A DNA stretch of 64,000 bases from Mustelus asterias (lineage: Eukaryota). Of this stretch, positions 1 to 11,346 are shown piece after piece. The notes beneath the pieces were generated by a model. The model saw only the letters and a list, made by a program, of their open reading frames with translations, did no database searches and was not told the origin of the DNA. The first letter of the stretch is position 1. Each line of letters begins with the position of its first letter. The stretch is from positions 61,070,001 to 61,134,000 of the forward strand of contig NC_135813.1 in the NCBI RefSeq assembly GCF_964213995.1, given 5' to 3'. Both the position numbers and the translations under genes were made by a program.

Positions 1-56
1 AATTACTTCACCCTGACGAATCAGTCCTGTACCCATTCATCATACCAATATATCCG

Positions 57-176
57 CGGCAATTGTACCGCCCCGCCCACCACGGAATCAGAGCGGACGA
101 GGGCGGACAACGGAAATGTCCCTTGACCTCTGGTGGGAATTTCGGGTCTCGATCGAGCGAGGACGTAAAAATCCCG
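57..176. mobile_element. ~120-bp GC-rich MITE-like element with imperfect terminal inverted repeats (paralogues ~19285-19404, ~38797-38916, ~58185-58304)
   Basis: cggcaattgtac ... gtaaaaatcccg (9/12 complementary), GC-rich interior set in AT-rich flanks. Confidence 0.45.
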
Positions 177-599
177 TAGCTCAGTGTGAAAACCTAAATC
201 CAGCACTCCAGATGTGATCTGATCAAGGCTGTAGACAACAGAAAGCATTACTTCCCCACTTTTTAGTTTCAATGCCCTTGTGATAAAGGCAGGCATTCGG
301 TTTGATTTCTAATTTACCCTGTGTCCCTGAAGTTTTTAGTGACTTATGTCCAGGAACACCTAAATCCCTTTGTTCATTCAAAGCATCTCGCCGCGTAGCT
401 TTAGGTAAATATTTCGAGCTACTCGCTATCATATTTTGGTCACAGAATCACAGAATTCACTGGTCCATTCACTTAGTTTATCTATGAAGAGTCAGCCAAC
501 TTGCGATACCTCCTTATCTTAAGCTGATCTACCGATGTGTTTATGAAACTCTCGAACCCTCAATTTGAACGGCAAAATGATCTCGTTCCAGAAATGATC

Positions 600-950
600 C
601 TCAGGAAACTGCATTTGTCACATCCAGCCAATGAAGGAACAAATCCTTGATTGGCACTTTCTCTCTCCTACCCATAAACAATTCCCTACCTATATGTTCA
701 AATAAATTATTTATTCCTTCTGCCACTGGATCTATTTCATGTCTCCCCGTTTCGGACTCACTCACGGTGGAAAATCTTTCTCTGTGTTCCCGTATCACAC
801 CTTTTCCGAACATTAAAGCCGCCTATTACTCCTCCGCATCCTCTCCTCAGAGAAAAGAGCCCAACATATTCATTTTCCTGATAGGCACATCGTCCCAATC
901 CCAGTAAATATCTGGCAAATAATTTTTGCACATTCTCATGTCCTACAAGA
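600..950 (-). mobile_element. Decayed CR1 3' relic downstream of the C exon (paralogues ~19830-20180, ~39340-39690, ~58740-59070)
   Basis: Minus-strand LGSFL.E.R...RERFSTVSESETGRH pattern typical of the CR1 C-terminus. Confidence 0.5.
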
Positions 951-1739
951 TCATTTTTGAGGTATGTAGACCATAGATGAGGAAAACTCTATAAAACGCT
1001 AATAAATCCCCGGGTGTTTTGTTTTGTTCTTCTGGAAGTGCACCAGCACCTTGTTTGCACTTTTTATCAACTGCGCAACTTCTTGCTACATATAGCAATT
1101 TATGTCTTGCAAGCCCAAATCTAACTGAAGAAATAAAACAATAACGTATCAAAGGGATGTCCTGTCGACTTTGTGATTCGTGTGACGATGAAGTTTAAAA
1201 AAACAGACGTTGTTCGGAGCTGGTTTGAGTCAATGCCTCATTGAAAATGCATCTGGGGAAGTTGACATGTTAGTAAAGCGCCTGCTTCAGTATGATCATT
1301 ATTGGCCAATAAAAGCAATCGTATAGTTTGTTTAAGAAATGATTTGCAGTACCAGAACCTGCATTGTATCGGGTGTATTAAAAAATGTGGCAGTGACGGA
1401 GTTTGCCCTGAATATTGGTAATCAGGTGGTGTAGAAATGTCTGCCCGTTTAATGTATTTTTGTAAATCTCGAGACGCAGTTCAGCCCTTTCAGTATAATG
1501 GCAGAGTGTAACGAGGTCCATTTTTTAAAAAAATGTTGCAATATTACTTCATGGTGCTAATTTAATGTCACCGATCGTTTCCTTGTTGCGCCTGGATGTC
1601 ATTGGCTTGAAATAAAATGTGCAGAGTATCACAATGATAGAATCTCACTATTTAATTCCCCTTGGAATGCTGCCATTAATTGTTTATGAGGGAAAGAGAG
1701 AGAATAACAGAACGTCGGTCGAGATAACGCTATAATGAT

Positions 1740-1745
1740 TTTATT
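1740..1745 (-). terminator. Polyadenylation signal AATAAA of gene 1
   Basis: About 195 nt past the stop codon, followed by a GT/T-rich element; conserved in all four copies. Confidence 0.8.
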
Positions 1746-1939
1746 ACACAGCTGTATCAATGACATTACAGTGAAGCTTTGATCCATTCAGGGTGAACAC
1801 AGTTAATTTGAAACTAAGGGAGTCAGCCGATCTGCTACAAACTGTGATGAAATGTTTGAAATGTTCCACTATTTGCGGAATTTATTTTGAAATGACACTT
1901 TACCAACGGCAGAATACAAGAATGCATTAGATGCGTGAA

Positions 1940-2262
1940 TCAGATACAGTTGGATCTGGAGATGCTTGTTTGAAGTGGGTTTGCTTGAGTCTCGTGTTTA
2001 ACCACACAGGCGTAAAGCTCGTGTGAGTTCCACTCTGAGGCTAACAGAGTCAGATAACTGCTCACACTGAACGTGTTGTCCGCCTCTTGCTGGATCCGAC
2101 TGGTCTCAACCCCATTCCTTCTGACGCTGCCATCTACAGTCCATTCAATCTCCGCAGCTCCTGGGTTAAAACCGCTCACCAAACACACCAGGGTCGCCAT
2201 GTTCTTCGCTGTGATTTGATCTGCTGAAGGCGGAAGGACAGACACAATGGGGCTCCGTGGAT
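1940..2262 (-). CDS. IGLC: Ig light chain gene 1, exon 3: constant domain (N)PRSPIVSVLPPS...ATLVCLV...W...YACVVKH...SRSNCI*
   Basis: Acceptor ctttcCAG|AT in phase with the VJ donor; C1-set motifs (LVCLV, FNPG, W, SVSSYLTL, YxCxVxH); penultimate Cys; TGA at 1942-1940. Confidence 0.96.
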
Positions 2263-3085
2263 CTGGAAAGTAGAGACAAATGATTGTACATCCATTAAGA
2301 ATCGGCATAAATGACTGAATCGTTGTTTCACCTTCTTCAAATTGTTTTTTAAAATCGGTATTATTCTACGGAATGTATAGATTTTACATTGTGGAGTCAT
2401 ATTGTTGCCAAATGCAAAAAAGGCCATGACTCTCGTTTCTGGAACACATACAACGTGAGAAGGTTTTCCTTTTTTCCCTGATTGGACAGGAACATGCAAA
2501 CAAAATCTGATCTAAAGGAAATAGTGGAGTTTGAAATATTAAAGAGAAAAATAAGACGGGAGGTTTATTGCATCCAGATGTGATCTGAGGCAAAGCTGTC
2601 CGACCAAAGAGAATTTCAGAACAACGTCAATCACTCAGAATTTGGGCTCAATGTTGGAACTTATGCTGACCGCAACATTTCTATATTTTGCAACTCAAAA
2701 AACTCGATTCTAAACAATGAAATTGATTGTTTGCTTTTGTCACCATTTACACTTCTCTGACGCAAGTCCGACATACTGGACTGATGTTTGGATTTGTGTA
2801 CATTCTTGCCACGGCTTCACACGGTGTCGCGCCCAGACCAACAGTGACGATGTAGCGTAAATCTTAACAAATAACTCCCTGTCGCAATGGAAATGTTTGG
2901 AGACATTTTTTGCGAGTGGAGTGTCACAAAAGATTTGTTACAGCAAAGAGGAAGAGTTTTTAACAAATATTGTAAACAATTCTAGTATATTAGAACATAA
3001 CGTAACGACACCCTCAAAAGGCCATTAATAAACCAAACATGTCCTCATAATTATTCATCTCTCACACCTTTTCGCCGAAGCAGAA

Positions 3086-3228
3086 GGACTGTGAGATCTT
3101 ACTGTGCTTAGATAGGGAGCCATGATTCTGACATTTGAAGAATGATTCTACTTCACAAGCACATAATTGTGAGGATGTTCTGAGGTCGTGGTCGGCGCCA
3201 AATGAATGCAGGTTTGCATTTTCTTTCC
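3086..3228 (+). mobile_element. DeuSINE-like (SacSINE1/AmnSINE1-type) 3' fragment in the J-C intron (paralogues ~22326-22468, ~41838-41980, ~61248-61390)
   Basis: gtgagatcttactgtgc...ctacttcacaagcac...ctgaggtcgtg..ggcgc..aatgcagg..ttctttc resembles the Deu-domain end and tail as recalled; not database-verified. Confidence 0.5.
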
Positions 3229-3431
3229 TTTGTCATTAGTGGATATTCGCAAAGCTGAAAGGGCGTTGTCTCAGAATCTTGTCTCTTTAAGTCACCATTT
3301 ATCACTTAAGTTACCATCTATCACAGTCAATGGAGAAACGCTCAGTAAATAGGTTGAGGCGTCGTAAGGCATCGAAGAAAGGGTTCAAATATGAATATCC
3401 ATTACCAACTAAAAGGATAAGGCTGACGTTT

Positions 3432-3553
3432 TACAATTCTCCCTGACATTGAGGTATTATGTCGGCTACTACAACAGTATGAGGTTTGTCGCTACAATTC
3501 TCCCTGACATTGAGGTATTATGTCGGCTACTACAACAGTATGAGGTTTGTCGC
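3432..3553 (+). repeat. Perfect 61-bp tandem duplication private to copy 1
   Basis: 3432-3492 equals 3493-3553; single copy in the other three units. Confidence 0.95.
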
Positions 3554-4089
3554 TGTCGGTGTAAAAATCGATTGTCTTTGGAGCTACAAATTCGTCTTGT
3601 TTTTTTTTGGAATGTAATTTGAATGTTGAAACTGAGTCGGCAGACAAATGCCGCCAGCCCTTATTTCAATGTCGGTATCGTCTTCCTGCGCAACCGAGAG
3701 TTTCGCTGAATAATCTCAAATGTCTGCACCGATGAGCAGGTGTGACGATCAACTTCTATTTAAACGGAAGCGTACTTAAGTGAATTATTTTTACACCGGC
3801 ATTTTCTCCAGATATGATTTCTCAAAGTAACAACTAAAATATTCAAGAGCATTTTTCTCCTTTTTGCCTCATGCTGGTCCATTTCACCGTAACATAGTCC
3901 AATAAACATATGACTTGAAGAAGAAAATAAAAAATAAAGGAAAGGAAGATTGAGAAGGGAAGAGACCCTGACCATAATTTTCCAATCGTGTCTGGAGCAG
4001 GCTTGGCTCTCAGAGACAGGAGGACAGATGAAATTGTGAAAGGGCGAAAGGGGGGTAACATAGTTTTAGACCAGTGAACCAAACCTCAC

Positions 4090-5110
4090 TAAAGGGAGAA
4101 CAATTGGAATAAGCGCGGTTTAATCAAATACAGCAGTCACGGCTTTGCTGGCGGAATATCTTACCCCACAGCGTGAATTGGTATTTTTGAGCAGGTAGCA
4201 TGAGCGGTGAATGACGGCAATATTTTTAGTATCGTCTACATGGATTTTAGCAAGGCTCTTGTTAAGTTCACACATAGGTATGAACAGGTTGGATGCGAAA
4301 TTGGTTCAGAGGCAGGAAGTAAAGGGTCCGTATATCAATGAGTGCCTCTATGATTGTTGTCAGATAATACAAATTTGACAATGTGTTTGCTAACGAAGAA
4401 AGCTGGATAATGCAGGAAGACAACAATGGACTAGTCAGATAAGTTCAACAGCGGCAAATGGAATTAAATGCGGAAAAGTATGAGGAACTATATTTTTCAG
4501 GAAGGCCAATAAAACAAGCGAGTACACTTTATAAATGGGACAATGCCGAGAAATGTAGAGAAACTGAGTGAACTGAAAATACATTTCCGCAGATCCCGAA
4601 GGCGGCTGAGCAAGTGGATATGGTAGCAAAGAAGGCATGTGAGGCAGTTACATTTATAAGCCGAGGTATAGATTGTTAGAACTTGAAGGTTATGCTGAAA
4701 CTGCTGGAAAGGTGCGTAGGAAACATGTAATTGTATGAGAGCGAGTACAGGGGAGATCGAGAGGGATGTCGGCTGCAATGGAATATTTAGTTATAAGTGT
4801 TGAATTGGCCAGCGTTCTTTTCTTTGGAACAGACGAGGCTGAAGGGAGATCTAATGGAAGGCATTATATTCAGAGGTGTCTGGACAGAATGGATAGGAAA
4901 ACAGTTTTGCCAATGTTTGACGGGTCGATAAGAACGGCACTTGGATTTAGCGTTAGAAGTAGAAGGTTTAGCAGAGATTCGAAGGGAATAGTTTCACCCA
5001 GAGGGTTTTGGGGGATGTGGAACCTACTGCCGGGAAGGCTGTTAGTGGCAAATTAATGGACACTTAAACGCACATACAATGTGTAATCGAAAGGCTCATG
5101 AATAAATGTT
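4090..5110 (+). mobile_element. Decayed CR1-type LINE ORF2 relic in the J-C intron (paralogues ~23270-24290, ~42780-43800, ~62180-63210)
   Basis: Residual RT motifs HGF, VYMDFSKA, W..NW..GRK.RV and C-terminal MWNLLP, with stops and frameshifts. Confidence 0.75.
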
Positions 5111-5254
5111 AGATTGTTCCTTGTGAACCAGTGCAGACGCGATTGACCAAGTAGGTTGTAACAATGTTGCAAAGATGTATCATTCTATGATTCTACGAAT
5201 ATATTATATTGCTTTCCTCCCTCACTGACGCACAGGGGCTACAGTGTGCATATT

Positions 5255-5585
5255 TCTGAGGCACCCTGCCGCAACTCCGACAAGAGCTTCCAAACCAGCC
5301 ATGTTTTCCACTGGACGAACACACGGGCAGCAGATGCACGGTAGCACCACCAGTTGGTAAATTCCCATCAATCCACACAGCATACCAAAGTAGAACTGTA
5401 CCGCCTTTCCTTCACTGTCGCTTGGCCAAAAACTCTTAACCCCCTCCCTAAGAGCTCTGCGATGCATCTCTGACACATGGACGACATCGGTTTGAGAATG
5501 CGGCTCACTATCACTTTATCCATGGATATTAGGCGGGGTGCAATGAATGTTAGCTTTCTGGTCACATCCCATGAATCAATGAAAA
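5255..5585 (+). mobile_element. 3' end of a second LINE family in the J-C intron (paralogues ~24425-24755, ~43950-44277, ~63345-63680)
   Basis: Homologous to the 3' end of the LINE at 11347-12993 (gcagcagat..caccacc..cacatcccatgaat tail). Confidence 0.65.
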
Positions 5586-6675
5586 TGGCAGTAATCCCCA
5601 TGTTTTGTTGTATTACTACTCACTGACAATCACAGAACCAGCAGCAGAGCTGAACGAGTCCACAACAATACTCAAAAACCTGACAACCTATTCCGAGACA
5701 TTCCAAAGCAACCGATTGGATAGGAAGAAAATGAAACGTAATTTCCGAGTGAAGCAAACATTCTGCGCATCGATTATGTTTGTTACTACGTTATCCAGTA
5801 ACACTCAGGATCGATTAGTACTGGCGGAATTCTCGCAACAATATGGTTATTTTGGTCACCTGTGATTAATGCGAAATGTTAGGCTGGGAATCTTGTACCG
5901 AACTGTTTTCGGTGAGTTTGGGGACCAGTGGGAATGGGTCCCACCCAGGTACCACACTATCCTTCCGCAGGCTGAAGGCAAGAAAGATCTTAAAACACAA
6001 TGTTGCTTCAAGTGGAACAAAGCAGCCTGATGTGAACGTTTTGAATGTAATTCCAGCGTTTTAAACCAGACTACAAGGGCAGCATGTGAAACAGCCTGAA
6101 CCACTATATTGCTTTCATACAATCATGGAATTATAAAGCACACAACGGGGCCCATCGGAGCTTGTAAAAAACCTGCCCACTCAGATCATTTTCATGCCTG
6201 TTTTCTTCACTTTTGAAATGTTTATCGTCTTGCTAATTATAGTTCCGCTCGCGGTGTTCATATAGCGAGGGTACTCCACTCCTCACACTGGCTGAGCGAA
6301 TAAAAACATCCCATCCTTCCAGCGATTGCATTCAAATAATGTCCTCGCACTGCCGACTGGATCAGATGGCTCAAACGTCTGGAGAGCCGCAGCAGATCAG
6401 ACCGTAAGCTTCCAGTGAAATGAATTTCACTCGAAATTAAATTGCCCCTTTACCCGATCCCATAATTGGACACAATCTAGAAAATCACCAAAGTTCTGAG
6501 CCCAGCTATCACTGCAATGACTTGGCTGCTGACTCAAGGATCCCCCATAAAAATATTTCCGCAGCAACCATTTTGATTTGAACTCATTCAATCCACCTAT
6601 CCGACCGTTTCGAAGTACATTTTGTTATTTAGATAGCGTCACAAATGCTAGAGGACATTTAAGTGATTTACTTAC

Positions 6676-7023
6676 TGTTCAGATTCAACTTCGTTCCTCT
6701 CCCGAAAATGAATCTATATGGACTGCTGAGCGTAGCAGCACAGTAATAATCTGCCGCGTCCTCCGATTGCACGTTGGTGATGGTTAAATGCATCTTGTTA
6801 CTCGATGAGTCCACAGACCCGGTGAATCGATCTGGAATACCCGAAGCTGTATCAAAGCTCTCATCCCAAACAAGTACAGGGGCGCTGCCGGGTTTCTGCC
6901 AGTACCAGCTCGTGGAGGAGCTGCTAATGCTGCCTCCGGACATGGTGCAAGTGATGCTGACGGTCTCTCCCGTCGAGGCCGAAATGGATCCTGGTTGGGT
7001 CAGGACAGGATCCGCAATTGTAC
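6676..7023 (-). CDS. IGLV: Ig light chain gene 1, exon 2: germline-joined V-J (type II/lambda, NS3-like); (S)TIA-DPVLTQPGSISASTGETVSITCTMSGGSISSSSTSWYWQKPGSAPVLVWDESFDTASGIPDRFTGSVDSSSNKMHLTITNVQSEDAADYYCAATLSSPYRFIFGRGTKLNLN
   Basis: Acceptor tttcacCAG|GT, V-set Cys, W, DxADYYC, J motif FGxGTKL in the same frame with no RSS or intervening DNA, donor A|GTAAGT; 348 nt, phase 1-1. Confidence 0.96.
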
Positions 7024-7163
7024 CTGGTGAAATGCAAAGTATTGTCAGTCACACACTGTGAAATGTTGAATATAGCTTACAATTCAGATTCGTTAAATCA
7101 CAAGCGCAAAAGCAGATAATGTGAAAAAAATGAGCGTTACTTCAGGTTGACGCCCGTACTTAC

Positions 7164-7212
7164 TGTGGAAACAGAGTATCAGTGCGGCGAGAACTCCAAT
7201 CGATTGTGTCAT
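7164..7212 (-). CDS. IGLV: Ig light chain gene 1, exon 1 (leader peptide MTQSIGVLAALILCFH, phase-1 donor)
   Basis: ATG at 7212 (ACCATG context), hydrophobic signal peptide, ends CAC A|GTAAGT; 140-nt intron to the VJ exon; identical in all three copies. Confidence 0.93.
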
Positions 7213-7286
7213 GGTGAAGGTTTGGGGAGAGGAAGAAGGAGAATAAATCCTGACACGAATGTGCTTCTGAGTCCATTCCAAACTCC

Positions 7287-7411
7287 TTAAAAAGATTCAG
7301 ACACCGCAGGGCGAATGAATATTAATTACGTATGCAAATTGCCTGTCACGTGGTATTAGGCCAAAGATCTCCATTTCGGTATTGTCTGATATTTGGAGAA
7401 TGCGCACGTCA
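7287..7411 (-). promoter_or_regulatory. Ig light chain promoter, gene 1: octamer ATTTGCAT (7332-7339), TATA-like TTTTTAA (7287-7293), E-box CACGTG (7347-7352), CRE-like TGACGTG (7405-7411)
   Basis: Perfect octamer in light-chain (ATTTGCAT sense) orientation about 120 nt upstream of the ATG; motifs present in all three copies. Confidence 0.82.
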
Positions 7412-7694
7412 GCCATTTTGGAACAGAAGAAAAATAAATCTCCCAAGCCACAGAATAGCATGCAAAATGGCTCAATAACCTCCCCCCCAAAAAATAAACG
7501 GTGCGGTGAAACAGAAAGAGATTAAATGGATCGTGTCTTGATCTCTGGAAGCCTGCCGATTACAATCAATAAATATTGCGGACAGAAAGCTGTTTAATAG
7601 GTGCATCGTTTTTGGTGAATAAATTAGAGACGAAACGTGCGAGTTGAGATTTCATGTGCACACAGAGAGGTGTAAGGGAATTGACCACCGTCCG

Positions 7695-7927
7695 NNNNNN
7701 NNNNNNNNNNNNNNNNNNNNNNNNNNNNNNNNNNNNNNNNNNNNNNNNNNNNNNNNNNNNNNNNNNNNNNNNNNNNNNNNNNNNNNNNNNNNNNNNNNNN
7801 NNNNNNNNNNNNNNNNNNNNNNNNNNNNNNNNNNNNNNNNNNNNNNNNNNNNNNNNNNNNNNNNNNNNNNNNNNNNNNNNNNNNNNNNNNNNNNNNNNNN
7901 NNNNNNNNNNNNNNNNNNNNNNNNNNN
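7695..7927. other. N-run at the position occupied by the GATA microsatellite in copy 3
   Basis: Flanks ttgaccaccgtccg / cgccaagcccc match those around 46389-46501. Confidence 0.9.
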
Positions 7928-8779
7928 CGCCAAGCCCCGAGGAACATTTTATGACCTACCTGGAATGTGATTGAGGTCCCAAAACTCTCCACTCAGCACT
8001 ATTCAAGTGTTGGAAACCCACGGCATTCACAGTGAGTTAAGCCTTGGCAAAATGAAATGCTCCAGGAAACAGAGCTTTTCGCATGATTTTCGTTATTGGA
8101 TTTGAGGGGTACATTTGCTGTCATTTGAAAGGATGAGTTTGAGAATGTCAATGCACTGGCCGACGTCGGAATGAGCTGAAAGTAGCAGTTTTTTCAAATC
8201 AGATTTCTGATGGCAGGTGACCCTACCCCCAACACCACCCTCGCTTCCCGCCGCACAACAGTATTGCAGAAGTCATCGTACAATGTTCCATTGCTCACTC
8301 ATTTGAAAAGTTAAACAAAATCAGGCAAGCAAATTAAATGCTGATAACGTTAGCTTATCACACACCTTCACCCCATGTGTCCTTGAACAATTGTGAGAAG
8401 TAACCTTTTGATTATGCAGCTGAGGCGCACAGAGGAGAACGAGAAGAAATGAATTAATTACTTCGCCTGGAGAGCTGACGATCGCGGCTACAGGTGCAGT
8501 TGCGTCAGTGTAAAGAATTCGAGAAGCTTCATCGCAGAAGGAGGGCAATCAGTCAATCGCATCCATGTCGGTTCTGTAAAGGAGCGATCGAAGTGGAATT
8601 TCTGTCTTGATCTTACTCCAATTTTCGACACATTTTCCACCTTTTTGAGAGTGATTGTTGAATCTTCTTCCGCCAGCCTTTGATCCAATTGACTCCAGAT
8701 CATTAAGAGTCGGAACATATTTAACCACCACCACCCCTGTTCCCGGGTTATTTCAAATGTTTGCCTTCTGGTGATCAAA

Positions 8780-9030
8780 CATCCCGACATTTGAATCAGC
8801 TTCTACTTTCTTTATCCAATACCTTTAAGAACATCTTTATCAAATCTACTGTGCGGCTTTAAGGAGAACAACCCCAGGTTCTCTCGTCTTTACATCTAAC
8901 TGAGGGCCTTTATCGCTGAAAACATGCGAATACACCTTCTTGCACTCTCTCCACGGCCTTGAAAGACATTCGAAGAATATTGTCAAGAACTGGACTCAAT
9001 ATTCTAGCCAGGGTCTAACAAAGATAAAAG
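8780..9030 (-). mobile_element. Decayed CR1 relic, minus strand
   Basis: aaggagaacaacccc...tgcactctctccacggccttga...agaactggactcaatattctagc (minus strand RPWLEY.VQF...KAVERVQ.. motif). Confidence 0.6.
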
Positions 9031-9589
9031 GGTTAACATATTTGCTTGCATTTGTACCCGGTGGTTGGAATTTTACTGACTCCCGTGCCGACAGAATGAA
9101 GGGTGGGGAAGGAATATTAAAATTTCTCCACCACTGGGAAAATTTCCAACCGGCGGTCAGGTAGAGGGATCAGGAACAGATAATTAAAGTTGTTCGGCTG
9201 AAAGATATCGCAGGATATTTACTGAAAGATATGTCTCAGGTCCACGTCATGCAGTGCAGTCAGTACCCGGGGAGTGAGAGGCTTAAGGCCTTGCCTGTGG
9301 GTGGAATGTACAGAGTTGACATCTGCAGTGTAGAGAGAGGGAGAGAGACAGATACTAGTTCAGTTTAATGCAACAAGACAGCAGGAGCGAGAGAAGAACC
9401 ACCCTGATGGCGTGCCAGCGGAATCGGAAAACGATTCGCATCGGGCCAGGAATGCAGGTTAAATTTGACTGAAGACGGTACGCAGCTGAAATAACAGACA
9501 GAAAGTGGGCCTACTTCATGGAGATGTTGAAGTCCCAATAGAACCAATGATTGCGTCCGATTGGAAGCAAAAGAGTTAAACTCTGCGAT

Positions 9590-11346
9590 TCGTGGCAGAG
9601 CTGAAGATTGGGAAGATTATAATAACCGAGAGGGAATGGCTAATAAAGTAATGACGAAGGAGAATTTAGAGTATGAGAGAATGTTAGCTAGACATATTAA
9701 AATAATGTAGGAATTTCTATATGCTTTTAAAAAAGAAAATGCTCACTAAAATAAGTGTGGTTCCTCTGGAGAAGGAGTATCGGAAATTCATAATACGAAA
9801 TGAGGAAATGGCGACAGACTTGATACATTTTCACTGCCTCGCTGTGGAATACATAAATAATATCCCAGAAATACTTGCAGGTGAAGAGGTAGAAGGGAGC
9901 GAGGAACATAAAGCAATTACAACCACCAGATCAATGCTACTGAGAAAACGATCAGAACTAAAGGCTGTCAAGTCGTTAGGGCATCATGGAGCTTGGTAAG
10001 ATACCCTTAAGGAGAGTGGATGCAGAGGCGATGGGCCAATTGGCCTCACTCTGCATTGTAGTGATTTTATAATTCCATGAGATTGGGAAATAGCACATCT
10101 AACTCCTGTATTCAAGAAAGGAAAGAGACAGAATACATGTAACTACAATCCAATTGGCCTAACATCTGTCAAAAGTTAAATGTTAGAATCTATTATTAGA
10201 AGGTTATCGCAGGGCACTTGCAATTATGAAGAGCCAACATGGTTTTGTATAATTGAAGCGATACTTTACTACTTTGTTATCCTTACTTGAGCAACTTATT
10301 AGTGACGTGCATAAAGAGGAACCTGTAGAGTTGGATTTCCAAAACGTATTTCATAAGATGCCGCTTCAAAGATACATTATGAAAAGCCAAATAGGAGCTC
10401 ATCATGCATGGGGTAATATTTATCACGAATCGAGGACTGATTGGCTTACAGAAACAGAGAGGTGGGATAACTGAGCCATTTTGGGGGGGGGGGGGGGGTC
10501 GGGGGGCGGGGGGGCGGTGGTGGTGGTGGTGGTGGGGGGGGGGGGGGGTAAACTGCAGCCGGTGGTGTATCACACGGATTACATCTCGGGCCTCAACTAT
10601 TTTCAATTTACAGTAATGACATGGATGATGGGACGGACTGATTGCAATTTTTTTCTCACGACATTAATGCGGGGAGAAAAGTAAATTGTGAGGTGCGCAT
10701 AAATAGCATATAAAGGTATTGAGATAGACTACGTGAGTGGTAAAAAGAAACAGGTGGAGTGCAATGTGGTGAAATGCGAACTCGTCCACTTTGGCAGGAA
10801 GAACGGAAAGCAGCAAATTATTCACACGGGGATGAGAGTGCAAAGGCCCGCAGCGCTGGGGCATCTGGCTGCCTGGAATGTGATTCACAAAACTTTAGCA
10901 TGAAGCTGCAAGTGATTAGGAAAGCAACTGCAATGTTGTCACTTATTGCAAGTGGGATGGAATGTAAGAGTAGAGAAGATCCGCTACAAAGAGCTCATCT
11001 GAAGTACTTTCCTGTTGGCACGTGTACCTCAGAACGGATACAATAGCACCAGCGACAGTTCGGAGAAAGGTTCACCCATCAGATGAAAGGGATATCATAT
11101 AGGGAAAGGTTGGACAGGTTGGACCTGTAGCCATTAGAGTTTAGAAGAACTAGAGGTGATCCTGCTGAAACGCCTACGATCCGGAGGGGAATTGAGATGG
11201 TGAACGCTGAGGAAGTGCCTTCCCTCGAAAGAGACTAGAAGGAGGGGACATGAATTAAAATAAGAGGTTTTCCACTTGAGATGGAGATAAAGAGCATTTC
11301 ATTCTCTGTGAGAACCATTAGCCTATGGAACTCTCTTTACCAGAGA
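9590..11346 (+). mobile_element. Decayed CR1-type LINE ORF2, interrupted at its 3' end (paralogues ~29115-30855, ~48165-49911)
   Basis: Residual motifs EYERMLA..IK, TPVFKKG, QHGF, LDFQ..F.K.P, YRERLDRL.L, LWNSL; many stops. Confidence 0.8.
10483..10548 (+). repeat. Poly-G/(GGT)n/poly-G tract (paralogues 30008-30068, 49057-49114)
   Basis: Read directly; embedded in the CR1 relic. Confidence 0.93.

Noticed and set aside
13-120. CTGACGA near the start of each period as a hammerhead core
   Set aside because: No stem II followed by GAAA at a suitable distance
2263-2308. N-terminal MPILNGCTIICLYFPD extension of the C-domain ORFs (also 21489-21534, 41002-41047, 60416-60461)
   Set aside because: Read-through into the intron branch/polypyrimidine region; the real exon starts at the CAG|AT acceptor in phase with the VJ donor
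6739-6745. Cryptic heptamer TACTGTG at the YYC codons (V-replacement-type site)
   Set aside because: Largely forced by Tyr-Cys codons; no nonamer-like sequence at 12 or 23 nt and no unrearranged donor V in the window
7054-7060. Perfect heptamer CACAGTG (minus strand) in the leader-V intron of all three genes
   Set aside because: Sequences at 12-nt (TACTTTGCA) and 23-nt (TCACCAGGT) spacing do not resemble ACAAAAACC; conservation is explained by recent duplication
1940-7212. Processed retrogene origin of the joined VJ
   Set aside because: Both introns, the promoter and the 3' flank are retained; no poly(A) tract or TSD
10283-10684. Pro/His-, Gly/Trp- and Gly/Val-rich ORFs
   Set aside because: Translations of the G-tract; frames differ between copies
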